27,657 nucleotides of DNA from Candidatus Poseidoniaceae archaeon (GTDB lineage: Archaea; Thermoplasmatota; Poseidoniia; Poseidoniales; Poseidoniaceae): positions 1 to 27,657 of the forward strand of contig JAQXFJ010000217.1 of the NCBI GenBank assembly GCA_029250385.1. Reading direction: 5' to 3'. Below the pieces are notes generated by a model. It ran no database searches and was not told the DNA's origin. It saw only the letters and a program-made list of their open reading frames with translations. Shown here piece by piece: positions 18,439-25,920 of the stretch. Numbering within the stretch: position 1 is the stretch's first letter; each line of letters opens with the position of its first letter. Position numbers and translations under genes: made by a program.

Positions 18439-18879
18439 CTGAAAAGTAGTGAAGAAGGTCAGATTCACATTCTTGAAATGCTGACGTTATTTTGGTTATT
18501 TTTCATGTCGGCCACATTTTTGATAAGAATTGATGTACCGGATTCACGCTCTATAGCCCATGATGCTAGTTTAGAGGCCGCGGGTGAATCAGTCCTGCAG
18601 TATGGTTTGGGATTAGATGCAGAAATAAACGGCGAAAATAGGATTGTTGAGTTACTTGCAGATTCAGATTATAATGGTGCTTGTACACTTCTGCAAGAGG
18701 CACTAATAAACGGTAAACAAGCCAACTGTTGGCTTGCTAAAAATAGTGCAACATCAAACCCTTACGGGCTTGTAGGCAGTTCCTCTGGACCTACTGTGAC
18801 AGTCCATCATTTGGTCACAGTCAATTCAGATGCTTGGACAATTAGTCTAACGCTGTGGAATATAGGCGGTGGTGCCTGA
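18439..18879 (+). CDS. pilin-like protein with class III signal peptide (CTG start), 146 aa
   Basis: Frame is open from CTG 18439 (after TAA 18436), giving KSSEEG|QIHILEMLTLFWLFFMSATFL. GAGGAGAGG SD lies 5 nt upstream. The track starts at ATG 18478. Confidence 0.65.
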   Translation: MKSSEEGQIHILEMLTLFWLFFMSATFLIRIDVPDSRSIAHDASLEAAGESVLQYGLGLDAEINGENRIVELLADSDYNGACTLLQEALINGKQANCWLAKNSATSNPYGLVGSSSGPTVTVHHLVTVNSDAWTISLTLWNIGGGA

Positions 18880-19322
18880 TGCGCCAAACGGTATATCAAA
18901 CAACCAAAGATGATCGAGCTCAAATGCTATTAGCGACCGGGGTAGTACTTCTTCTGTCCTTATTGTCAATGGCTGTTTTTAGTGTAAAAGTTGCAGGTTT
19001 AACATCTGCCCATGAGGCAAATTCAGATTCAGTAATTGAGACTACAAAAGAAGTTATGAACGAACTCCCATCACTCGCCGAAAACCGTACTGAGTTGTGG
19101 ATAAATGGCGGTTTAGACCGGTTAGAGGCTGCAGATATTGCCATGGAGAGTATTCACGACGACCTCCTCCATCATGGAGAGATAAGAGGTGTAGAGGTGA
19201 AGATATTGAATATCACAACATCTGTGGTTAACGCATCATCTATATCGATATCATTAGAATTAGGAGTCACCGATGATTCCTCTACTTTGGAAACCGATTT
19301 CACTTTTGTTATCGCTGCTTAG
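18879..19322 (+). CDS. pilin-like protein with class III signal peptide, 147 aa
   Basis: TGATG overlap with the previous gene. N-terminus ...KDDRA|QMLLATGVVLLLSLLSMAVF (basic-Ala, Gln+1, hydrophobic stretch). Confidence 0.72.
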   Translation: MRQTVYQTTKDDRAQMLLATGVVLLLSLLSMAVFSVKVAGLTSAHEANSDSVIETTKEVMNELPSLAENRTELWINGGLDRLEAADIAMESIHDDLLHHGEIRGVEVKILNITTSVVNASSISISLELGVTDDSSTLETDFTFVIAA

Positions 19323-19977
19323 TTTGCTTCTCATTCCAAGCTATATCCAAGTAATGTTCAATTCTTTCATGGTCGCTACTAACTCGCGAAATATCTACCA
19401 CAGGCCAAGCTGAAATTTTGGAGCGTTCAATAAGGCCATCCTGTATCTTTCTAATTCTGTCAAAATTTGCTATGTAACGATCTGGTCTACGAAAAGAATG
19501 AGCATCTCGAGATTTAATCATTTCCCGGTGCTTATTTTGATCGCTTACAGCCATAATAATCCCAACTGCAATTCCTCCTGAGTCAATCCAATTCCTAATT
19601 AATCTATCACTGGGTATGATGTGCACACCCTCTATCAGCAAATCAATACCTTCGCGCATAGCACGGTTTATTGTTGCCTCTATGCCATTCTCAACAGCCT
19701 GGCAAGTATCTAGCCAATCAAGAACAGGGTCATTAGCTTCGCCGATTGAGAAAGAGGAACGATGCAAAGCTAAGTTTTCAGCATCGATGTCATATGTTCG
19801 AATTATTTCTCGGATAGCGTCTGTTGAGAGAAGTCTAGCAAAGTTACTCTTGGCGGCAATTTTCATTGCAACAGTAGATTTCCCAGTTCCAGTTGCACCG
19901 GCGATAATCAACAGTCTTGGTGGTCGGTTCGCAATCGCTCTGGCCGTGGCATCAGCAAGACCGATTGTTTGAGCCAT
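19309..19977 (-). CDS. 2-phosphoglycerate-kinase-family P-loop kinase, 222 aa
   Basis: IAGATGTGKSTVA, LLSTDAIREIIR, LH.SSF, REGIDLLIEGVHIIP and RY...F..IR.IQ motifs. ATG 19977 preferred over TTG 20001. Confidence 0.8.
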   Translation of the reverse strand: MAQTIGLADATARAIANRPPRLLIIAGATGTGKSTVAMKIAAKSNFARLLSTDAIREIIRTYDIDAENLALHRSSFSIGEANDPVLDWLDTCQAVENGIEATINRAMREGIDLLIEGVHIIPSDRLIRNWIDSGGIAVGIIMAVSDQNKHREMIKSRDAHSFRRPDRYIANFDRIRKIQDGLIERSKISAWPVVDISRVSSDHERIEHYLDIAWNEKQTKQR

Positions 19978-20093
19978 GTGTCTTGTAGGACAATCTGTCA
20001 AATATAGTTATCATGGAAAATCTCTGATATGGGCCAATTGCTAATCTTGATTGGGAGGCGAACACCTTTGAACGGTCACTTCATGGACGGTTT

Positions 20094-21530
20094 ATGAGCG
20101 AAGAAGAGATGTATATCGCAGGCGAGTGGACTAGTTCTGAAAATGGCGATTATAGCGAAGCAATAAACCCCGCAACAGGTGAAACTATTACACGAGTTCC
20201 AAAAGCGTCAGTAAATGATGTAAACCGTTGTGTTTCAGCATCCAGGGATGCTTTAGTTAGTTCTGAATGGAAGAACATTGATCCTGCACAACGAGGTAGA
20301 ATTCTCAATAAAATGGCAGCAGCTACTTATGGTGCAGCAAAAGAATTAGCCCAAATAGAATCTGAAAATAATGGGAAAACCTTTCGTGAAGCTCTATCAG
20401 AAATAAGATATGGTGCATGGACATTAGAGTACTTTGCGGGCCTTTCAGACAAAATTGAAGGCTCAACAATACCAGTTCCAGGTAATCGTCTAAATTACAC
20501 ACTTCGCCAACCACTTGGCGTAACCGCACACATTGTCCCGTGGAATTTCCCTCTCCAACTAGCTCTTCGTTCCATAGCTCCAGCATTAGCCTCCGGCTGT
20601 ACAGTAATCGCTAAGCCTGCATCATGGACTCCACTTTCTCTGTTAGCATGGATGAAGAAAATGGAAGAAGCCGATGTAGGCCTGCCAACTGGTGTTTTGC
20701 AAGTAATAACCGGTTCTGGAGGCTTGATTGGTGACGCTCTTGCAGGACACCCAGGCGTGGATGGAGTGGTACTGACTGGGGGTGTGCCAACAGGTAGGAC
20801 TGTAATGGCAAAAGCTAGTGATAATCTGACACCGGTTACTCTTGAACTTGGAGGGAAGGGGGCCAATATTGTATTCCCAGATGCGAATTTAAAATATGCC
20901 GCTAAAGCAATTTGTTTTGGTATTTTCATGAATGCCGGACAAATGTGCTGGGCAGGTTCTAGATTGATTGTCCATGAAGAGGTTCACGATGAATTAGTAG
21001 ATGCGGTCGTTGCTGAAGTGAGTAAATGGAAGGTCGGGCCAGGAATGGCTGAAGGTGTGCGTATCGGCAGCCTAGTACACACTAGCCACAGGAGTGAAGT
21101 GCTAGAAAAATTAGCTTTGGGTCTCTCTCAAGGCGGCAAGATTGTTTGTGGTGGTAATGCAGTAGATGGAGAAGGTGCTTTTATGGAAGCAACCGTTGTA
21201 ACTGGAATTGGAGCAGATAACTCATTATTCAATGATGAATTATTTGGCCCGGTTCTATCTGTAACCAAATTTTCGACAGAAGCAGAGGCATTAGAACTTG
21301 CTAATCATTCTGATTTTGGTTTACTAAATGGGATTTGGACCAACAATCTAAGCCGAGCTCACAAACTCGCTAGAGATTTAGAATCAGGAATGATTTCAAT
21401 TAATGAATACCCAATTACCTTCCCACAAACTGCGTTTACTGGATGGAAGAAATCTGGTATTGGAATAGAGCAAAGCAAGGATGCTCTAAGATTCTACACC
21501 AAGGTAAAGAATGTTAACATCAAACTTTGA
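20094..21530 (+). CDS. NAD(P)-dependent aldehyde dehydrogenase, 478 aa
   Basis: PWNFP, KPAS, LELGGK (catalytic Glu), NAGQMC (catalytic Cys), ELFGP and K.SGIG motifs. Confidence 0.95.
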   Translation: MSEEEMYIAGEWTSSENGDYSEAINPATGETITRVPKASVNDVNRCVSASRDALVSSEWKNIDPAQRGRILNKMAAATYGAAKELAQIESENNGKTFREALSEIRYGAWTLEYFAGLSDKIEGSTIPVPGNRLNYTLRQPLGVTAHIVPWNFPLQLALRSIAPALASGCTVIAKPASWTPLSLLAWMKKMEEADVGLPTGVLQVITGSGGLIGDALAGHPGVDGVVLTGGVPTGRTVMAKASDNLTPVTLELGGKGANIVFPDANLKYAAKAICFGIFMNAGQMCWAGSRLIVHEEVHDELVDAVVAEVSKWKVGPGMAEGVRIGSLVHTSHRSEVLEKLALGLSQGGKIVCGGNAVDGEGAFMEATVVTGIGADNSLFNDELFGPVLSVTKFSTEAEALELANHSDFGLLNGIWTNNLSRAHKLARDLESGMISINEYPITFPQTAFTGWKKSGIGIEQSKDALRFYTKVKNVNIKL

Positions 21531-21539
21531 GGTGAGATT

Positions 21540-22322
21540 ATGAGTGTTTCATTCAGCGATATGGGCCATGGAGTTCGCTTGATTCAGTTTTCTGGCCAGT
21601 CCGCAACACAATCATTTTCAAGAACTTTTTTGCCTAAAATCGCCAAAGCCATAGATGATGGATTAACCAACACAAGCGTTCGGGCAATGGTATTAACGGG
21701 TGAGGGCAAATTTTTCTCTGCTGGTGCAGATATCAACGCCTTTGCTAAGGCAATTGAAGACGGGGATGCTCCTCAATTAATTCGAGATCTTACTGGAGTG
21801 CTCCATCCTTTACTTGTACGAATGCGCCAATCACCTACCATTTGTGTGGCGGCTCTCAACGGCGCATGTGCAGGAGGCGGACTTGGTCTAGCCTTGGCAT
21901 GTGATGTGCGAATTGGCTCACCTAGTGCCAAGATGGCTGCTTCTTACTCTGGCATGGGCCTTTCGCCTGATGGTGGAACAACATGGTTGCTGCCTCGCTT
22001 GGTCGGTGACCAAATCGCAAGACGATTTTTCTTTGAAAATGAAATTTGGTCAGCTGAAAAAGCTAATCAATTAGGGGCAATCGATACTATTGTCGAACAA
22101 GATTCTCTCCTTGATTCTGCTCTAGAAATTGCACTCAAATGGTCCCAGTGGGGTAATCATACCAAAGAGGCAACTAAGCATCTACTAGATGTTCAATCTG
22201 TGCAAGATTTCGAGACTCATCTAAAACATGAACGTACATTGATTGAAGCAGCGGGAACTACTGATGCCTTCAAAGAAGGCGTAACGGCATTTATTGAAAA
22301 GCGTAAACCACACTTTGAGTAA
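21540..22322 (+). CDS. crotonase-fold isomerase, PaaG-like, 260 aa
   Basis: FSAGADI, NGACAGGGLGLALACD and GLSPDGGTTWLLPRLVG. Lacks both crotonase Glu and has Asp at the PaaG catalytic position. Confidence 0.8.
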   Translation: MSVSFSDMGHGVRLIQFSGQSATQSFSRTFLPKIAKAIDDGLTNTSVRAMVLTGEGKFFSAGADINAFAKAIEDGDAPQLIRDLTGVLHPLLVRMRQSPTICVAALNGACAGGGLGLALACDVRIGSPSAKMAASYSGMGLSPDGGTTWLLPRLVGDQIARRFFFENEIWSAEKANQLGAIDTIVEQDSLLDSALEIALKWSQWGNHTKEATKHLLDVQSVQDFETHLKHERTLIEAAGTTDAFKEGVTAFIEKRKPHFE

Positions 22323-23210
22323 TCACTCTGGAAGTTGGCACTCTTCTGCTTCGCCAGAGGACCAATCATAGATTCCCATACTAGTTTTTTTGCCAAGGCG
22401 ACCAGAGGCAACTAGTTTTTCCATTAATGGGTGAGGTGCGTATGAATCATCATCAAATGATTTCTGTAGATTTTTTAGAATATCTCTTCTAACATCCAAT
22501 CCAACTAAATCGGTTAGAGCTAACGGGCCCATCGGGTGTTTGTAACCTAACACCATCGCAGTGTCGATATCTTTTGCGCTTGCAACTCCGTCTGCAAGCA
22601 TTCGAATTGCCTCATTTCCTAACACAACTCCTAATCTAGATGTAGCGAATCCTGGAATGTTATTTACTAAAATTGTGGTTTTATTCATTTGCATACCTGC
22701 TTGTTGAGCGATTTCAATAGTCTTCTGTGAACATAAATCGTGTCTAACTAACTCTAACAATTTCATTATCGGTACGGGATTAAAAAAATGCATACCGATG
22801 ACTCTTTCTGGACATCCTGAGGCAGTGGCTAAATCGGCAATTGAAAGAGATGATGTGTTAGTTGCTAGTATGCAACTTTGATTGGTGTATTTTCCTAGTT
22901 GCTCAAAGATTTGAGATTTTAATTTTGGAATCTCTGGTACTGCTTCAATAACTAAATCAGCTTGTTTTACCGCTGCTTTCATATCGGTAAATTGGGTTAT
23001 GTTTTGTGACCAATCTTGTTTTTGTTGCTGAGTTGTTTTCCCTCTTGCAATCCCCTTTTCCCAAAATGAATCAATAGTTTTCATACCCTTTTCTAAGCTC
23101 TCTGGAAAAGCATCAAACAGGTTAGTTTGCCATCCACTTTGAGCACAAACCTGGGCAATACCTGCCCCCATTGTTCCAGCGCCAATAACAGTCACGGTCT
23201 TAATCGACAT
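22323..23210 (-). CDS. 3-hydroxyacyl-CoA dehydrogenase (PaaH/Hbd-like), 295 aa
   Basis: GAGTMGAGIAQ, EAVPE, ATNTSSLSI, GMHFFNP, GYKHPMGPL and GRLGKK motifs. Confidence 0.94.
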   Translation of the reverse strand: MSIKTVTVIGAGTMGAGIAQVCAQSGWQTNLFDAFPESLEKGMKTIDSFWEKGIARGKTTQQQKQDWSQNITQFTDMKAAVKQADLVIEAVPEIPKLKSQIFEQLGKYTNQSCILATNTSSLSIADLATASGCPERVIGMHFFNPVPIMKLLELVRHDLCSQKTIEIAQQAGMQMNKTTILVNNIPGFATSRLGVVLGNEAIRMLADGVASAKDIDTAMVLGYKHPMGPLALTDLVGLDVRRDILKNLQKSFDDDSYAPHPLMEKLVASGRLGKKTSMGIYDWSSGEAEECQLPE

Positions 23211-23232
23211 GGTCAACCCAGTAGGTTAAACT

Positions 23233-24156
23233 TCATGATGCTTGCTTGTCGTTTTTGCTTTTTGACTGAGCGATAAAAACTCCACCTGTGATAAGAACGA
23301 AAGCAAACGCCAATGACAATCCAAGTTTTTCGTCAAGCAATAGATATCCTCCCAAGATTCCAAACGGCGGGACTAGATAAACATACAAAGCACTCATCGA
23401 GGCACCTATTTTGATTATACCATCAGCGAACCACACATACGCAACAACGGTAGAAAAGATTGCTAGAAACACTATTCCAATCCAGCCATCTGGACTTGGC
23501 CAAATAAATCCTTGTGTAACAGTTTCAACAGCCATTATCGGGGTCAATAATATCAGACCCGCTACAGATGACCAGACGGTTAATTCTAGCGGATTTAATG
23601 GCTTAGTGGAATTTTGTTTAGGTTCAGTCATGGTTTTCTTCATTAAAATCGTGTTACAAGCCCATGCAAGGGCTGCACCTGCAATCAGCAAGTCCCCAAT
23701 AGCACGATCCACAAAGTCTATGTCCACATTGGGTGAGTAGTAAAATAATATTCCAACTCCGGTAATTCCCATTAATAATCCAGTGATTAAATTCCGATGC
23801 ATACTTTCCTTAAGGAATATAACTGCTAATATTGCAGTAAAAATAGGATTGAAGGTAATCATGAGTGAAGCATCACCAGCTGCGGTATATTGCATTCCAA
23901 ACATGAAGAATGCTTGATAGACACAAGTTGAGAAAAACCCGATCAGAAATAATATCTTCCACTCTGATTTATTTGGAAACATCCACTGCCTTGAAAATTT
24001 AAGATAAGCCAAAAAGCAGAATGTGGCTATGATATAACGAATCCAAGCGGCGGTAAAAGGTAGAACATCATTGGCTACAACTCTGCCTGCCGGCCAACCA
24101 AATCCCCATATTACTGCAACTGTAAACAATTTTAAGTGAGTTGCTAAATTACTCAT
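23233..24156 (-). CDS. EamA/DMT-family transporter, 307 aa
   Basis: Ten TMs in two repeats; IWG..W, G.QYT.AG.AS, PIFTA.LA..FL.E and LLDEKL motifs. Confidence 0.9.
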   Translation of the reverse strand: MSNLATHLKLFTVAVIWGFGWPAGRVVANDVLPFTAAWIRYIIATFCFLAYLKFSRQWMFPNKSEWKILFLIGFFSTCVYQAFFMFGMQYTAAGDASLMITFNPIFTAILAVIFLKESMHRNLITGLLMGITGVGILFYYSPNVDIDFVDRAIGDLLIAGAALAWACNTILMKKTMTEPKQNSTKPLNPLELTVWSSVAGLILLTPIMAVETVTQGFIWPSPDGWIGIVFLAIFSTVVAYVWFADGIIKIGASMSALYVYLVPPFGILGGYLLLDEKLGLSLAFAFVLITGGVFIAQSKSKNDKQAS

Positions 24157-24710
24157 TCAAACCGCTCCAAACCTAATTGGAGCATTCTTGATCGAGGTAA
24201 GCCTATTTCTGGTAATCCTTTCGCCGGAGCATACATCTTGAGTCCTTCGATGCGCGAGACGTATAAGCCATAACTAGCCATGTCTCCTAGATTGAACGGG
24301 GTTTCTAGTCCCAAATCTGTCAGCGCTTGACAGGCTTTTTCACTGTAGATGGGGTACAGGTTAGTGGAAAAATGCATCCATTCAGAAATTCGCTGAGTGT
24401 CTATTTCGTCAATAGTAAGCAAATGTTCTAGCAGGGCCACATCCGGGTAAGAAACAGTTCGAATAATCATTTCAATCTCATTGACTATTTCTTCTGGGAA
24501 GGCAAAGGGCTTTCGGTTTGACCATTCTTCTGCGACCTGAATGTGTTCCATAGATGCCTTGTCTTGTATGGCAAACAAAGTTTTGGAGTAATCTTCGTCA
24601 TCGATACTATCAGCGACTAAAGTGGGTAATTGTTCATAGAAATTTTCACATCTTTCGACGTTGATACCGTACAGCGAGACTGGGATCATTTGACCACCGT
24701 AAAGATTCAA
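24153..24710 (-). CDS. hypothetical protein, possibly a degenerate HhH-like fold, 178-185 aa
   Basis: 4-bp overlaps with boxB (TTG 24710) and eamA (ATGA). Alternative ATG 24689 has a GGTGG SD. Motif ISEWMHFSTNLYPIYSEKACQAL. Confidence 0.7.
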   Translation of the reverse strand: MNLYGGQMIPVSLYGINVERCENFYEQLPTLVADSIDDEDYSKTLFAIQDKASMEHIQVAEEWSNRKPFAFPEEIVNEIEMIIRTVSYPDVALLEHLLTIDEIDTQRISEWMHFSTNLYPIYSEKACQALTDLGLETPFNLGDMASYGLYVSRIEGLKMYAPAKGLPEIGLPRSRMLQLGLERFE

Positions 24711-25867
24711 GCGCTGGCGCCAATGCCAGAGTCGATTTGTCTTGTAGACATTGGTTTGTTAGCAATCCACTCTTGATTGAACAATTCTTTGAGGTCTATT
24801 TCGTCTTGTTTCCTAGGCATTACTTCGTGCAGATAAGCTTGCCAATCGTCGTCGTTGCCTTGGAAAGGAGTTCCGTCCACGTTGAAGTTGCTGCCTTTGG
24901 CTGCCCCGATGTCGCGGTTAAAGTTTTCATGAGGAACATACAGTTTCTCGACACCCTCTGGTAAGTAGCCACAAAGTTTCTCAACTTCTCTGACAATCTC
25001 ATCATGGTAATGTCCACGGCCTTCTTCATTGAGTACTTCTTTGTTAACTTCAATTCCAGCATCTTGTTTTTTACGTTCGTCCCAGCGTCCTTTGACTCCC
25101 CACACGTATGCCCAATGAGCAGATGATGAAGCATCGACACCAAACAGGTCGTGAGCGGTTGATACCCACTTGTTGATGTATCTCTGAAGCATGTCTAGCG
25201 GTATGACACCAGCCTTGATGATTCTCCTAAGGCCATTGGAACCAGTTCCCAAGTGGAATGATTCTTCTTTGAGCATTGGTCCCATTGAAGCAGCAAGTGG
25301 TTTGAATGCAGAAGTCGATAGCATTCCGAGTTGAAATTTACCGTCACGGTCAACAAACATAGTGTAACAAAAGAAGTCGAGCCAGTGAGGCATTGGGCGA
25401 TTGAAAGCACCAAGTAATCGGTCGCCATCTTGCGCATTTCTTTCTAACAGTTTTTGCGCCTCTCTACGTCCTTGCTGGCCAAAATAGGTCATCAATAGGT
25501 AGGCCATTTGCCATCCATGTCGCTGTTCTTCAGCCATGATTCTAGCAGCAGCATATCGGTCGTAATCAGTGGGTGCTGATGTGAGTAGATGTCTTTGTTG
25601 TTCAACAGATGCAAATTCTGTGTCACCCTGAACAGTGATCATTGCAATTAGCGCATCTCGCATACTTTGGTGTGGTACCTGGAGTGCTCTTTCCCACTTA
25701 GCTCGGCCTTCATAGTCGCCAAATTCGATTACATCTCCAGCTCGCTCCCAGTCAAACAGTACTGAGAGTTCAAAGTCTCCTAGCCAATCAGGGTTGAATC
25801 CAACTCTTTGTTGCCAATCGCCAAAATTTGTTATCCATTCATCCCAAGTGTTTGGTAGGTTGTCCAT
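24707..25867 (-). CDS. boxB: BoxB-like di-iron acyl-CoA epoxidase (PaaA/PaaC/BoxB ferritin-like family), 386 aa
   Basis: QGDTEFASVEQQRHL, EEQRH, LL..YFG..GR.EA..LLER, WLDFF.YT.FVDRDGKFQL, S.F.PLA and MLKEESFH, collinear with BoxB motifs as I recall them. SD GGGGTG precedes ATG 25867. Confidence 0.88.
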   Translation of the reverse strand: MDNLPNTWDEWITNFGDWQQRVGFNPDWLGDFELSVLFDWERAGDVIEFGDYEGRAKWERALQVPHQSMRDALIAMITVQGDTEFASVEQQRHLLTSAPTDYDRYAAARIMAEEQRHGWQMAYLLMTYFGQQGRREAQKLLERNAQDGDRLLGAFNRPMPHWLDFFCYTMFVDRDGKFQLGMLSTSAFKPLAASMGPMLKEESFHLGTGSNGLRRIIKAGVIPLDMLQRYINKWVSTAHDLFGVDASSSAHWAYVWGVKGRWDERKKQDAGIEVNKEVLNEEGRGHYHDEIVREVEKLCGYLPEGVEKLYVPHENFNRDIGAAKGSNFNVDGTPFQGNDDDWQAYLHEVMPRKQDEIDLKELFNQEWIANKPMSTRQIDSGIGASA

Positions 25868-25903
25868 ACACACCCCAGGAGTGGGTCTTGCTTATTGTCT
25901 TTG

Positions 25904-25915
25904 CGAACATGTTCG
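25904..25915. promoter_or_regulatory. perfect 12-bp palindrome CGAACATGTTCG, candidate operator
   Basis: Exact self-complementarity, in the 53-bp gap between the HTH gene and boxB, 37-48 bp upstream of the boxB ATG. Confidence 0.55.
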
Positions 25916-25920
25916 TATTT

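Noticed and set aside
24707-25867. Locally higher GC in boxB as a sign of recent horizontal transfer
   Set aside because: Hand counts of three 60-bp lines gave 55%, 50% and 40%, too variable to conclude. High-expression codon bias is an equal explanation; a proper codon or tetranucleotide analysis is needed.
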